A program made the translations under genes and the position numbers. From positions 1-44,937 of IMG/VR virus record IMGVR_UViG_3300048848_000254: DNA of 44,937 nt. One strand, 5' to 3'. The DNA comes from a virus. Lineage: Duplodnaviria; Caudoviricetes. This document shows, piece by piece, positions 7,112-17,432 of this stretch. Under the pieces are notes generated by a model. The model ran no database searches. It saw nothing but the letters and a program-made list of their open reading frames with translations, and was not told the DNA's origin. Each line of letters starts with the position of its first letter. Positions within the stretch are counted from its first letter, which is position 1.

Positions 7112-8275
7112 CTACAGATAGGTGATTCCGCCGAGTGTGGGCAGCTCGCCCATCCCGCCGGTGATGTTGCCCGGGTATGTGGTGACCACGCCGTCCACCG
7201 TCCCGGTGACCTGAACCATCAGCCATCCGGCCGTGCCAGGGACGCTGTTGATCGCCGCCTCGATTTCGTTCAGGTTGATTGTGCCGGCGCGCGGGTCCCC
7301 ATTGCGGAACAGCACATCCGAAATCGCCGATGCGATGGCCGCGCGCGTTGTGGTGCTGCTGGTGGACAACCCGGAGATGGTGAAATGCAAGCTGTTCTCG
7401 ACGGGCGCGCATGCAAAGAGCAGCGCGGTAACAGGCTGTTCACCGACGATTGCGTCTGCCAAGGTGAGTTGGTCGCCAGTCGCCACCACGTCACGCGGCA
7501 GGCCGTCAGGCCCCTGGTCGTGCTGAGACACCCCATTGGTCCCCTGCGGGAAGCCGCCATGGGCTGCCTGCGCCACGTCCATCATGAATCGCAGGACCAC
7601 GGTGCCCGCGCCGAACCCGTTCGGCGAGCACCACGCCCGCGTCACGCCCGGAACCGCCAGCGCCCAAGCCACGTAATCATCGCTGTCGCCACCCTGGGGC
7701 GTCTGCTGGAACGCCGCGATCACGCGGTTGCCGAACGCCTCCGGATCCTCTGTGTCTACCCCTGTCGTGATCGTGCCCGTGACGGTCCCGGTGGACTGTA
7801 CGCCGGCAATCGTGGTCGCGAGCGTAAGCGACGTGCCATCGTCACAGTTGCCAGCGGCGCCCGCGACCGTATCCAAGACCGTCACGACCGCTGTCCCTCC
7901 TCCGCCCACCGTCGCGGATTCCTGGATGGTGTACGTCTCCCCGTCGGCACGCACCACGTTGATACCGGAGCTGATGAGAGTGCCAACCGTGCCGGTGAAC
8001 TGCACCGTCAGGGCCGCCTGGACGGCGTCTTTCTGGAAAACGTTCTTGAGGGCGCCCCATGCCGCCTGGTACTCGTCCGTAGCAGTCCATGGCACGGCCT
8101 GCTTCGATATCCAATCGAGATAGCCGAAATGCAGATGCGCGAGGCCGGCCTGGGCGATACCCAGGACGCGCAGCGCCGCCTTGCGAAGAAATGCGTTCGC
8201 GCCGGTGAGGGTCGCATTGATGTCCGCCATGACCTGATTGCGCAGGTCCGACAGTGTCGGTCGGGAAAATGGCAT
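7112..8275 (-). CDS. Baseplate J / Mu gp47-like protein
   Basis: MPFSRPTL start, GG..DY..WAL.VPGVTRAW. Confidence 0.92.
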   Translation of the reverse strand: MPFSRPTLSDLRNQVMADINATLTGANAFLRKAALRVLGIAQAGLAHLHFGYLDWISKQAVPWTATDEYQAAWGALKNVFQKDAVQAALTVQFTGTVGTLISSGINVVRADGETYTIQESATVGGGGTAVVTVLDTVAGAAGNCDDGTSLTLATTIAGVQSTGTVTGTITTGVDTEDPEAFGNRVIAAFQQTPQGGDSDDYVAWALAVPGVTRAWCSPNGFGAGTVVLRFMMDVAQAAHGGFPQGTNGVSQHDQGPDGLPRDVVATGDQLTLADAIVGEQPVTALLFACAPVENSLHFTISGLSTSSTTTRAAIASAISDVLFRNGDPRAGTINLNEIEAAINSVPGTAGWLMVQVTGTVDGVVTTYPGNITGGMGELPTLGGITYL

Positions 8276-8276
8276 G

Positions 8277-8732
8277 TCAGTTGATTCCGTTCCAGGCCCA
8301 CAGGTATTGGCCGGTGTGAAGCGAAGCGCCGCTCGGGGCGTAGGCGGTCACCTTCGCGCCCAGAAACGTCTCTCGCACCCAACCGACTTCGATATCGAAG
8401 CGTGCGACCACACCATCATCGATCAGCCACTGCAGCGCCTCGGCCAGGTAGTCGTATGCTCGGTTGAGCGTGTCCTGGGTCTGCTTCGCGCGATCCAGCA
8501 GCCACAGCTTGCTGCCGATGGGGTGTTCCGGATCGAACTGGTCTCCCCACCAGCCGCGCGGGTCGCCCGCGCCATCCGGTATGACGTCGTCCGGTGCCGC
8601 CATGGCGTCCGAGAAGACGCTGATCAGCATGGCCGTGGCCAGGTCGCTGCCCGTCAGCAGATCAGCGCCAGCCAGCAACCAATCGCCATGCGACTGCGCG
8701 GCATCCCAAGAGATCGTGATATCGCCGTTCAT
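8277..8732 (-). CDS. Mu gp46-like baseplate protein
   Basis: RGWWGD, GSKLWLL.R.K, EALQWLIDDG. Confidence 0.92.
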   Translation of the reverse strand: MNGDITISWDAAQSHGDWLLAGADLLTGSDLATAMLISVFSDAMAAPDDVIPDGAGDPRGWWGDQFDPEHPIGSKLWLLDRAKQTQDTLNRAYDYLAEALQWLIDDGVVARFDIEVGWVRETFLGAKVTAYAPSGASLHTGQYLWAWNGIN

Positions 8733-9346
8733 TGCTGTTGATTCGGATGTTTGCTGGTGACGGTGCTACTACCGGTCTGCACGTTCGCTACGTCGTGATC
8801 ATGCTCGTCGTAGATCTCGCGCATTTCCTTCATGGTCTTGTCGTTGCTCTCGTAGTTGTCCTGCATGTCGCCGGTGGACTTCACCATGGGCGTTTGCAGA
8901 TCGATGCCGCCCGGGGCCACGATGGTCAGCTTGCCGCTCAGGTTCCAGGTGACGTCACGCGCGTTGTTCACCACGACGTCCTGGCCCTTGGCGTCCACCA
9001 CGATGCCTCCGGAAGCGGTCAGGTAGACGTACTTGCCATCCTCGCTGTACAGCTTGGTCTCGCCCGGCGCCAGGTTGCGCGGGCGGCTGCCCTGGTGATT
9101 CGTGCCGACCACCATTACGGCCGTGCGGTCCCCGGTCAGAGCCATCAAGGCGGCGTCCGAGCCGATCGGGGGATTCGACGTCAAGCCGAACTCCTGCACA
9201 CGCGCGCGCTTGTCAGCCAGTTCCAAGGCACTGGCCTGCACCTGCAGGCGCTGTACGGGCCCGGAATCGTCCACCTGGGTGACCCGCCCGCGGCCCGCCA
9301 ACATCTGGATCCGGCGAAATAGCCTCTCTAAAAGCTGTTGTTCCAT
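8729..9346 (-). CDS. Baseplate spike, Mu gp45-like
   Basis: QEFGLTSNPP and C-terminal HDH metal-binding motif; start placed at MEQQLL. Confidence 0.88.
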   Translation of the reverse strand: MEQQLLERLFRRIQMLAGRGRVTQVDDSGPVQRLQVQASALELADKRARVQEFGLTSNPPIGSDAALMALTGDRTAVMVVGTNHQGSRPRNLAPGETKLYSEDGKYVYLTASGGIVVDAKGQDVVVNNARDVTWNLSGKLTIVAPGGIDLQTPMVKSTGDMQDNYESNDKTMKEMREIYDEHDHDVANVQTGSSTVTSKHPNQQQ

Positions 9347-9348
9347 GC

Positions 9349-10464
9349 TCACCCTATGGTCTGGTCGGGCCCCAGCTGCACCCAGCTGAACGGCTGCTGG
9401 TAGAACGCCTGCGGCGGCATCAGGATCATGTCGCACGTCGTGCCGGCGCGGCCGCGCTGATAGGTCACTTCGGATATCAGCCACGACACGGGCGCCTGGG
9501 GCGTTCCGAGTTTCAGCGATGGAAGGATCAGCGGCGCCATGGTGTTGGGCGTATACAGCACGCCGGCGGCGTCACGCCACGAATCAGTTGTCAGCCGCAC
9601 AACAAAGGACCGGCCCGCGCGGCGCGCCGCTTCCCAGCTCGCCCGCTGTTCGGCGATGACGCTGCCGCCGATCATGCTTTCAGATATCACCACCCTAGGG
9701 CGGTACCGCTGCACGGCAGTATCGACCACGTGCGCGATCTGATTCGGCGCGCCGCCGGCATCCCCGAAGAGATCGATCCCCTGGTAGATGGCGTAGTAAT
9801 CGCTGAATCGCTGATCCGCCGCGTACACCACGGTGGCGCGCTGCACATTGATGCCTTCCTGGAAGCCGCTCGCCGCCGAAGACAAGCCGATACCGGACAA
9901 CAGCAAATCACCCGAAGGGGTGTCGTACAGCAGGAGCGCGCGGTACCGGCATACCCGCTCGATGACGTCGTACGCTGTCTCCCCTGCCAGGATGACCACC
10001 TGCTCCACCGGCGCGCCTTGGTTGCTTCCTGCCGCCAGCGAAGCGCTCACGCCGAACGGTTGGCACAGCTGCTGCGCGATGGCCAGCGCGGGCGCATTGC
10101 TGATCTGGTAGCCGTTATAGACGGCGGCGCAATCGACAAGGTCCTGGCATTTGCTGCGGCCTGTGACTGTGATCGAATGCGCACCGTCGTTGAACCCCGG
10201 GATGAAACGGTCTATCCAGCCGGTAGACACACGGTCTGGCCCCAGGAAGACTTCGCAATAGTCGCCGGGTTGGACCTGTATCTCGGGCGGATTGGCGCCC
10301 GGATATCGCTCCGTCATGGTGACCTGGAAGTCCGACGGGCAGCGCTCGACGCCTCGCGTAAAGCGGGTCTCCTGCCAGCCCGCCAGGATGCGGGGGTTTG
10401 ATAGGGTGTAGCCGTTCCCCTTCCGAGTGCAGGTGGATACACGTATGGTCAGCTCGTCGTCCAT
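9349..10464 (-). CDS. Baseplate hub, Mu gp44 (P)-like
   Basis: GRSKCQDLVDC, GET, RFSDY motifs; synteny. Confidence 0.88.
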   Translation of the reverse strand: MDDELTIRVSTCTRKGNGYTLSNPRILAGWQETRFTRGVERCPSDFQVTMTERYPGANPPEIQVQPGDYCEVFLGPDRVSTGWIDRFIPGFNDGAHSITVTGRSKCQDLVDCAAVYNGYQISNAPALAIAQQLCQPFGVSASLAAGSNQGAPVEQVVILAGETAYDVIERVCRYRALLLYDTPSGDLLLSGIGLSSAASGFQEGINVQRATVVYAADQRFSDYYAIYQGIDLFGDAGGAPNQIAHVVDTAVQRYRPRVVISESMIGGSVIAEQRASWEAARRAGRSFVVRLTTDSWRDAAGVLYTPNTMAPLILPSLKLGTPQAPVSWLISEVTYQRGRAGTTCDMILMPPQAFYQQPFSWVQLGPDQTIG

Positions 10465-11891
10465 CAGCTCGCCAGCGCTTCAAAGGTGGTCGGCATGAAT
10501 GCCGGATGAATCGGCTCGACCTGGCGCACCAGACCGTCGGCCCGTGCGGGATCCCGGTATATCCGGTTGGCCAGCGCCAGCGCGGGAAGCGAGGCGTTGA
10601 ACGCGAAGGAGCCGACGGCCGCCAGCTCCGCACCGCGCGCCTGCAGATCGGCCACGATCGCGCGCCGCAGCTCGCGCAACGCGTCGTAGCTGGCATCGTC
10701 GCCGGCGTCGCCCGCAACCAGAATCTCGGCGTCGATGACCGCCGTAACGGCCGTCTGTACGGCGACAGCGTCATCCTGAGAAGCCGGCTGATATGTGCCG
10801 ACAGCCTCCGCCATAGAAGCAATCGCCACGCGGCGAAGGTGCGCGGCGCAGGCATCGTTCATGGTGGCCATGGCCTGCCCAATGGGCGAGTCCGTGGTGG
10901 TCTGCGCCGGGCGGTAGGCCGCCAGCGTGGACAAGACCGCGATTCCGTCTGCCGGATCTTGGGCCGTCGCAGCAACGGAATCCACGAACATCGCTGCAGC
11001 CGTCCCGTAGGCGTCGGTGTCCGCGATATTCGCGGCCGCCAGCTGCAAGGCCCCGCCGGTCGCCACCACTGCACCGGTGGCCGCCGCGCTGGCTGCCAGC
11101 AGGTCTACGGCAGTAGTCGTGGCGGGCGCCTTGGCATTGGATCCGGAATATCCCGCGTTCCCGCCGCCGAACAGCCGCCCGAAGTTGCCGGACAGCGTTG
11201 ACACGGCGTTGAAAACGCGTCGGACGCTGTTGACGACGCCGATCGCTGTCTGGTAGTAGCCAACGACAGTAGAGACTGCCTGACGCACCACCGCGGCTCC
11301 GAGCTGGATCGCCGCAATGGCCTTGCGGGCGAAGTCAACGAGGCTTTGCGCGCGCAGCGACGCTGCTGCCGCCGAAAGCAAATCTCCGGTGGACTGCACG
11401 GCGCCCGGATACTGCCGCACGCCGGACACCATCAGCGTCATGGTGAATTCGAACACCCGGCCCAGGTCCTTGCGTTCCTCGATCTCGATGTCCAGGCAGT
11501 TGACGCTACGCACCGTGCCGAATGTCGGGTGGACCAGCGTGCTGGTGCCCGCGGCCTCGACTGCCGCGAGCAGCGCCTCCCGCTGCGCGATGACGCCGCC
11601 ACCGCCATAGACAAGGCTGTTCTCCACCAGGAAGCCGTTGATTCGGAACTGGCGGGGCCGTTTGCCCTGGTCTTCGATCCAGACGTCATCTCGCCATGGA
11701 TAGACGTGGATCGCCTGGCGGCGGCCGGCGCGCGTGCGCCCGGTATTCACGCCGAAGGGCACGCCACCGAAAGAGGCCTTTTGCAGCGACGCTTCCCAAC
11801 TGCCCGCCCCAGGGCCAAACAGCTCGCCCACGGCATTGGCCACGCCGCCGATACTGCCGACGACGTTCAGCAGGTCAGAAGAATTGCTCAA
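10464..11891 (-). CDS. Mu gp43-like DNA circularisation protein
   Basis: ASFGGVPF, LVHPTFG and C-terminal HPAFMP. Confidence 0.9.
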   Translation of the reverse strand: MSNSSDLLNVVGSIGGVANAVGELFGPGAGSWEASLQKASFGGVPFGVNTGRTRAGRRQAIHVYPWRDDVWIEDQGKRPRQFRINGFLVENSLVYGGGGVIAQREALLAAVEAAGTSTLVHPTFGTVRSVNCLDIEIEERKDLGRVFEFTMTLMVSGVRQYPGAVQSTGDLLSAAAASLRAQSLVDFARKAIAAIQLGAAVVRQAVSTVVGYYQTAIGVVNSVRRVFNAVSTLSGNFGRLFGGGNAGYSGSNAKAPATTTAVDLLAASAAATGAVVATGGALQLAAANIADTDAYGTAAAMFVDSVAATAQDPADGIAVLSTLAAYRPAQTTTDSPIGQAMATMNDACAAHLRRVAIASMAEAVGTYQPASQDDAVAVQTAVTAVIDAEILVAGDAGDDASYDALRELRRAIVADLQARGAELAAVGSFAFNASLPALALANRIYRDPARADGLVRQVEPIHPAFMPTTFEALAS

Positions 11892-13903
11892 GGCATCGCT
11901 CCCAGCATCTGGTATTGCACGCGCGCGGGCATTCCAGCGCCGTCGCCATTGTTGGTTTCCACCCTCGTACCGGGCGGCGCATTGACCGTCACTTGCACGG
12001 GCGTGCGCTGCACGGCTGTCGACAGCGCCTCCACTAGCTTGTCATGGCTGTCCTCGGTACCGGCATTGGCGCTCGCGCCGGTTGTCGTTCCTGCACCTTG
12101 AGTCGCCGGTGCTGCAGCGGTCGAATCCGCCCCAGCACCGCCACCCATCGATCTGAAGATCTGATCAGCCATCGCGCCGCGCCGAAGCTGCTCGCCTTCC
12201 ACGTCAGCCGGGCGCTCGTGATACTTCGACACGATCGCCGCCGCGGCATTGGCCGAGTCGGCCCGCTGAAGCAGCTCGCCGGCGCGCCGCTGCATTCCGG
12301 GCCCCTTGCGCAGCTCCCAGTCGAAAAACTTCAGCTGCTCATCCAAATCGGAATCCCGGATGTCCTTGCCGAACACACGCTTGAAGTCCGCTTGCCGGTC
12401 GGCATGCCATTGGCCGACGCCATAGGCGCGGCCGTTGTCCCCTACGCTGTAGGGATTCCCGCCGGACTCCTGCAGGATGTTGGCGGCAATGCCAGCGGCT
12501 TGCGCCTTGGACCAACCCATGTCTTGGAACTTCTGGGCGATTGCAAGGATCTTCGGATCGGTGGTGCCTCGCGGCGCATACTCGCCGGGCGTCAGATAGC
12601 GCTTGCCTTCTCCCTTCCGGGCTCGAGCCAACACATCGGCCTCGCCTTCGTTCAAATCCTTGCTGTAGAAGAGCGCGGCGGCGCCGGCCATATACGGATT
12701 GAAAATGCGAGCCAGCCACGGCGCCCGGGCCGCTGCCGCTCCTGCACCGGCCGCCGCCGTACCTTCTGCAGTGCCAGCAGCCGCGCCAGCGCCGGCGACA
12801 CCCTTGAGCGCCTGCGCGGCGGTCTTGGCAGTCACGAGCGTGGCGGCCAACGTCGCGATCGAGGCAGTCCAGCTGACCAGCGTCGCGCCAAACTTGATCG
12901 CCACGATGTCCCGCAGCACGGATCCCCAGCCCCCGAAAGCATCCACGATCCCGTTCACACGCTTGTACCAGCCGTCCCAGTCCACGCTGGTGATCCAGCT
13001 GGTGAACTTGGCGACCGCATCAGCCAGCCGGTTCGCGATGTCCACCCGGTTCTCGCTCAACCAGGTGGAGAGCTTTTCGATCATTGGCGTCAGCACAGGG
13101 ACCAGCTTGTCGCCGATGGTGTTGGCCAAGGCGCTCGCGCCGCTGGTCAGGTCAGTGATTCGGTCTCGGAACGCGGCGGCGCGCTGAATGGCGTCCTCCG
13201 ATGGCGCGTATCCGTTCGCAATGGCCTGCTGTCGGTCGGTTTTGTAGGTGCCGCGCTGGATCATCGGCAGCAGCGCTCCCATGCCGAGCGCATCGGCCGC
13301 CGTGCGCTGACCAGCCGGGTTTTTCACCTTGCCCAGAGCCGTCAAGATATCGGCCTGCGTGCGCTGATAGTCGATCTGGCCGTCTTTCGTGCGCGAGATC
13401 TGCACCCCCAGGCGATTCAACAGCATCATGGCCTGGGGATTCGCACCAAAGGCGGCCTCCCGGATGGTGTTTTGCGAGGACACCATGCTTTGGTCGAACT
13501 GCTCCGCCGTCACGCCGGCGCGCTGCGCGGCGTAGTGCCATGCCTGAAGGCTCTGGGTGGACATGCCAAGCTGCCGGGAGGTGCGCTGCAGGTTGAAGCC
13601 CAGGCTACCCCAGCGCTCCGCCAGCGCCCCGATGCCGGCGGTACCCGCCAGCCCGGTCAGCGCCGCCATGCCGGGGACGATGGAGGCGATGCGATCGGAT
13701 ACGCTGCGCGCCGTCTGCGCCACGGTTCGCAGGCCGGCATCGACCTTGCCGAGCGCCGCCGCTCCCAGCTTCCCGGTACCGGCCAGGCGCTGCGTCAGCC
13801 TCCCTACGGGGTCAGTGACACGCGCGAGCGCGCCGCGGACCTTCCCGGCCACCTTCGACGCGTTGTCGATCGCCGAGATCCGGAATACCAGGTCATTTGC
13901 CAT
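11888..13903 (-). CDS. Tape measure protein with C-terminal phage tail lysozyme domain
   Basis: Ala-rich helical body; AAGIAANILQES...AYGVGQW...YHERP lysozyme-like segment; follows the chaperones. Confidence 0.85.
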   Translation of the reverse strand: MANDLVFRISAIDNASKVAGKVRGALARVTDPVGRLTQRLAGTGKLGAAALGKVDAGLRTVAQTARSVSDRIASIVPGMAALTGLAGTAGIGALAERWGSLGFNLQRTSRQLGMSTQSLQAWHYAAQRAGVTAEQFDQSMVSSQNTIREAAFGANPQAMMLLNRLGVQISRTKDGQIDYQRTQADILTALGKVKNPAGQRTAADALGMGALLPMIQRGTYKTDRQQAIANGYAPSEDAIQRAAAFRDRITDLTSGASALANTIGDKLVPVLTPMIEKLSTWLSENRVDIANRLADAVAKFTSWITSVDWDGWYKRVNGIVDAFGGWGSVLRDIVAIKFGATLVSWTASIATLAATLVTAKTAAQALKGVAGAGAAAGTAEGTAAAGAGAAAARAPWLARIFNPYMAGAAALFYSKDLNEGEADVLARARKGEGKRYLTPGEYAPRGTTDPKILAIAQKFQDMGWSKAQAAGIAANILQESGGNPYSVGDNGRAYGVGQWHADRQADFKRVFGKDIRDSDLDEQLKFFDWELRKGPGMQRRAGELLQRADSANAAAAIVSKYHERPADVEGEQLRRGAMADQIFRSMGGGAGADSTAAAPATQGAGTTTGASANAGTEDSHDKLVEALSTAVQRTPVQVTVNAPPGTRVETNNGDGAGMPARVQYQMLGAMP

Positions 13904-14051
13904 TTTGCGCTTCCATTCGCTGCGCCATCTCATGCCACCAGCGCAGCTCGCTGAGCCTCATGCCCAGCGCGTCGCGCGGCGACCATCCGTAGTACTTCGT
14001 GGTCGCCGCCACCATCAGCTCCCAGTCCACGGAGAGCCGCCTTACTTTCCC
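13893..14051 (-). CDS. -1 frameshift extension of the tail chaperone (gpGT/GpE' type)
   Basis: G GGA AAG slippery site at 14045-14051; the -1 frame reads ...YYGWSPRDALGMRLSELRWWHEMA... Confidence 0.8.
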   Translation of the reverse strand, partial: GKVRRLSVDWELMVAATTKYYGWSPRDALGMRLSELRWWHEMAQRMEAQNGK

Positions 14052-14374
14052 AGCGATCCCTCCGAGTCGCCCGACGTATCGTCGTCGCCCTCTTCTTCCA
14101 TGAACGCGGCGAGATATGCGGATGCCTCCATGAAGTCCCGCGCCTTCATCTTCGCCACAACCGCCAGCGGCGCGCCCGAAACTTTGGCGATCAGGCGCTT
14201 CAACGCATCACCGGCGTCTTTGGTGCTGCGCCGGTTGAAGTCAAGCACCTCCTCAGCCTCCGGCTCGCGCAGGTCGAGTTTGGTGTACGTCTCGGCGTCC
14301 ACACCTTCACCAAGTGTGATCGGCTTACGCAGCGTCAGCGTGAATTCGTCCTGCAGGTCTTTTTTTTTGGGCAT
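14042..14374 (-). CDS. Tail assembly chaperone (Mu gp41/GpE-like)
   Basis: L.KPI...L.LREP motif; lies between tube and tape measure genes. Confidence 0.85.
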   Translation of the reverse strand: MPKKKDLQDEFTLTLRKPITLGEGVDAETYTKLDLREPEAEEVLDFNRRSTKDAGDALKRLIAKVSGAPLAVVAKMKARDFMEASAYLAAFMEEEGDDDTSGDSEGSLGK

Positions 14375-14375
14375 A

Positions 14376-14744
14376 TCAGCTCGCAGTCTGTTCGGTGACG
14401 GACGGCCCTTCGAACTTCAGGTCGAAGGTGGCCTCGGTGCTGTCCACTTCCTGCGCATCGACGCAGGCCATGTTGCGGCCGACGACGGTCTTGCCGTTCG
14501 CCAGCTGCAGCACCACCGTGACGTTGCGCATGCCGTTGAAATTGGCGACCACCAGGTCGCCGGCGTCCCGGCCAGTGAACGAGATGGAGCCTGGTACCGG
14601 CGTCTCTTTCACGCCGTGATAGCCGTCCATGCCCATCAACGTCTCGCGCCGGACCGTGGAGGGGCTGTACTTCGCCGCACCCTCCAGCATGTAGGAGTTG
14701 CCGTCCACCGTGATCTGCGCGGTGCCGGCCAAAAGCTTTGCCAT
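14376..14744 (-). CDS. Tail tube protein (Mu-like)
   Basis: AGTA.I.VDG, G.DG.HG.KE.P.PG, LANGK, FEG; follows the sheath. Confidence 0.88.
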   Translation of the reverse strand: MAKLLAGTAQITVDGNSYMLEGAAKYSPSTVRRETLMGMDGYHGVKETPVPGSISFTGRDAGDLVVANFNGMRNVTVVLQLANGKTVVGRNMACVDAQEVDSTEATFDLKFEGPSVTEQTAS

Positions 14745-14761
14745 GTTGCGGCTCCTGAAAT

Positions 14762-14785
14762 AAAAGCGCCGCCCGAAGGCGGCTT
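14762..14785 (-). terminator. UUCG hairpin/weak terminator between sheath and tube
   Basis: Minus strand GCCGCC-TTCG-GGCGGC then GCTTTTA. Confidence 0.5.
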
Positions 14786-14804
14786 GTTATGCGGTGCCTA
14801 GGCG

Positions 14805-16331
14805 TTACGCCGCGGCAGTCGCCGGCACGATGTTGCTGAACTGCATGAGCAGCGCGAAGATGCGCAGCTGATTGATCAGCACGGCGGGATACAGAACGTC
14901 CACCCGATTCGGGTTGGCCTGGTTCTGCTCCACCACCAGGCCCTGGGCGAACACTTCAGCGCCCTGCACCCAACCTGAGTCGTCCTGCATCGCCTGGTAG
15001 TCGGCAATCAGGTCAGCCCGAATTGTGTTGGGGGTCACGATGTTCGATCCGGGCGCCGGCCGGGTGCTGTTGGCCGCCAGCTTCTTCCGGGCATACTTTG
15101 TGGTCACCACCGACTTCAGACGGCGCAGGACCGACATCAGGGTGTTCATCGTTTCGACCTCGAGATAGCTGTTGTCCGGCTGGCCGAAGCTGTTCAGCTG
15201 GTAGGTCGTGATCAGGTTTTCGATGGCCACCGTGCCATCGTCTGCGACGGTGAAGGTGCTGATGCCCGTATACAGCAACGTGTTGCGGTCCGTCAGTTGG
15301 AATCGGGACTCCACCGGTGGCGGCAGGAAACTGGCCAATGCCACCGTCTGCATCGGCTGGGCCGGATCGGCGCGGCACGACACCGCGGCGGCGGCCGTCA
15401 GGTCGGCTGCAAGGATCCACGCTGGCGTGGGTGAATCGTTGAAGCCCATGATGGACACGTGTTCGTCATTGCGCGCGGCGCCGAAGGTTTGGCAAGCCGC
15501 CAACGTGCCGCGGAACGCCCCATAGGCATGGCCGTACAGCTGCTGCGACCAGCTCCAGCGGCCGGTGACCGTCGACAGCAACGCCTTGACCGCATTCAGC
15601 GACGTGGCGTCGGTGTACGGCATGGCGATGAAGTCGAACGTCATGTCGCCCAGGTTCGCCAGTGCCGTGGTCAACCCGGGGTTGACCAGGCCGCCGGCCA
15701 TCGGCGTGATAGAGACGGTCAGGCCCGCCGGCAGCGCTTCGCCGTTCAGCGCGCCGTAGTAGTTCAGGCGGATGTCGATGTCGTTGCCCGCCAAGCCCTT
15801 GTTCTTGGCCGTCAGGTTGACCTTCGACGTCGTCGTGGCGTCCACCTCGGCGGTGACCGGCAGATCCGGCAGCGCGTTGATTTGAGCAGCCAGCGCCGTA
15901 GCCAGGTTATCCGCGGTCATGGTGGGCGTGCACACCAGCGATACAACCGGCGAGCCGGCGAAGGCTGCGATGTACAGCGACAGCACGCCGGTGGCGGTGG
16001 CGGCGGCCGTGAAATTGATTGAGCCCTTCGCGGCCACGGCGCTGCCGTCATCGGCCAGTGGTAGGTACCAGACCTCGCCGAAACTGTCCCGGGCGCGGTA
16101 CGCCTGCGTCATCAGCGCCAGCATGGAGCCCTGGCCGCCGACGGTCTTGGCTTCGTTGGCGCCCTGGGAAATGACCGGCTTGCCAGGCACGGCCGTCCCA
16201 TCGGAGGTGATCTGCCCGATGATCAAGGCCCGCTGGTTGATCTGTCCTGTGTTGGCTCGGCTGGGATCGATGTCCGCGTAGAAGAGCGGCACCCGGATGT
16301 TCTGCGGGATGTTGGGAAACTGGATTGCCAT
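14805..16331 (-). CDS. Tail sheath protein (Mu gpL-like)
   Basis: IP..IRVPLFY, GSMLA.M, TAKNKG..GN, ITTY..N..G..D.SYL, LINQLRIFA. Confidence 0.95.
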   Translation of the reverse strand: MAIQFPNIPQNIRVPLFYADIDPSRANTGQINQRALIIGQITSDGTAVPGKPVISQGANEAKTVGGQGSMLALMTQAYRARDSFGEVWYLPLADDGSAVAAKGSINFTAAATATGVLSLYIAAFAGSPVVSLVCTPTMTADNLATALAAQINALPDLPVTAEVDATTTSKVNLTAKNKGLAGNDIDIRLNYYGALNGEALPAGLTVSITPMAGGLVNPGLTTALANLGDMTFDFIAMPYTDATSLNAVKALLSTVTGRWSWSQQLYGHAYGAFRGTLAACQTFGAARNDEHVSIMGFNDSPTPAWILAADLTAAAAVSCRADPAQPMQTVALASFLPPPVESRFQLTDRNTLLYTGISTFTVADDGTVAIENLITTYQLNSFGQPDNSYLEVETMNTLMSVLRRLKSVVTTKYARKKLAANSTRPAPGSNIVTPNTIRADLIADYQAMQDDSGWVQGAEVFAQGLVVEQNQANPNRVDVLYPAVLINQLRIFALLMQFSNIVPATAAA

Positions 16332-16550
16332 TTACTTGCCCCCTTTGTCGTTCGAGGCGGCCGGCGCCTGCACGGCGGCGGGCTTGTTGGTCGGCGTGGC
16401 GCCAGGCGGGGTGGCCAGCACGACGTCCTTGTCGCGGAGGCGGCGCGCCCAGTAGAAATCCTGGGGATCCACCTCCATGCCCTCATCGGGCATGAATTGC
16501 TTACGCACCGGGTCGAAAACGCTAAGCCCGGCGGCGGGTTTGATGTACAT
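16332..16550 (-). CDS. DUF2635 / Mu gp38-like protein
   Basis: KPA.G..V.DP...P.EG..V...YW.RRL.D.DV. Confidence 0.85.
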   Translation of the reverse strand: MYIKPAAGLSVFDPVRKQFMPDEGMEVDPQDFYWARRLRDKDVVLATPPGATPTNKPAAVQAPAASNDKGGK

Positions 16551-16559
16551 GCGGTGCTC

Positions 16560-17111
16560 CTATTGGGGCAGGTCGATGGTCAGGCCGGGGACGGTGGTGC
16601 CGTCGGGCTCCTGGATACGGACGTCCACGCCGGTCAGCGGAACGGTGGGCACGGGGAAGAAGTCTTCGGGGCCTTGGACGAACTCCAGGCCCAGCTCGAC
16701 GGTGATCGAGCCCAGGTGATCGCCGGCTTCGTCGGGGCCGGCTTCGATCCGCGTGCGAAAGAACGAGAACTGATTCAGCTCGGCCATCAGTGGCGGGTAG
16801 TTGATGACCGCGGCTTTGATCTGGTCGCGCAGGGCTTCCAGCGCCACCTGCAGCGCCGCGGCGCCAGCGTCGTTCGGTTCGGCGACATGCGTCGCGCGGC
16901 CCTGCACGAGCAGCGTCGACGTGACCGTGAACGCCGGCGCGCCATTGCGGCCGAACGATTCCCCGCTCTCGTCGTTCGTCCGGATGAACAGGACGGGATA
17001 CTCTCCGTCCCAGCTCGCCTGGTCGCGCGGCGAATAGACGCGCGCGCCCGCGTCCGTGGTGCCCGTCAGTGCCTCGACGGCGAGCGCGCGCAACTGGTTG
17101 GTGGTTGTCAT
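16560..17111 (-). CDS. Putative tail terminator/completion protein
   Basis: Position upstream of the sheath; RVYSPR...P segment. Confidence 0.6.
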   Translation of the reverse strand: MTTTNQLRALAVEALTGTTDAGARVYSPRDQASWDGEYPVLFIRTNDESGESFGRNGAPAFTVTSTLLVQGRATHVAEPNDAGAAALQVALEALRDQIKAAVINYPPLMAELNQFSFFRTRIEAGPDEAGDHLGSITVELGLEFVQGPEDFFPVPTVPLTGVDVRIQEPDGTTVPGLTIDLPQ

Positions 17112-17431
17112 GACGCCTTCTTCAGCTCGATGTGGACCCAGCCGATACCGGTGGGCTTCTGGTCGAACACCAGATAGGTGCTGCCGGTCTTGACGCGCGT
17201 GATGCGGTCGTCCTTGGCGATCGCCGCGGGCAGGTCCGCCAGCCGCACGCCGACGCTGGGCGCCGTCGTGGTCCAGCCAATGCCGCCCCCCCCGTTCTGG
17301 AAAGGCATCTTGTAGGCGTCGGTGAAGACGCCCGTGATGGGCTTCGCCGGGCCGCCCGCGGCGGGCTGGTAGACCAGGTCTTCGCCGAAGGCCCCGTTGA
17401 TGGCGACGTTGACCAGGTCGAAGTCCACCAT
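17108..17431 (-). CDS. Head-tail joining (gpFII-like) protein
   Basis: 107 aa, FGE...Y.P...ITGVF; synteny. Confidence 0.7.
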   Translation of the reverse strand: MVDFDLVNVAINGAFGEDLVYQPAAGGPAKPITGVFTDAYKMPFQNGGGGIGWTTTAPSVGVRLADLPAAIAKDDRITRVKTGSTYLVFDQKPTGIGWVHIELKKAS

Positions 17432-17432
17432 G

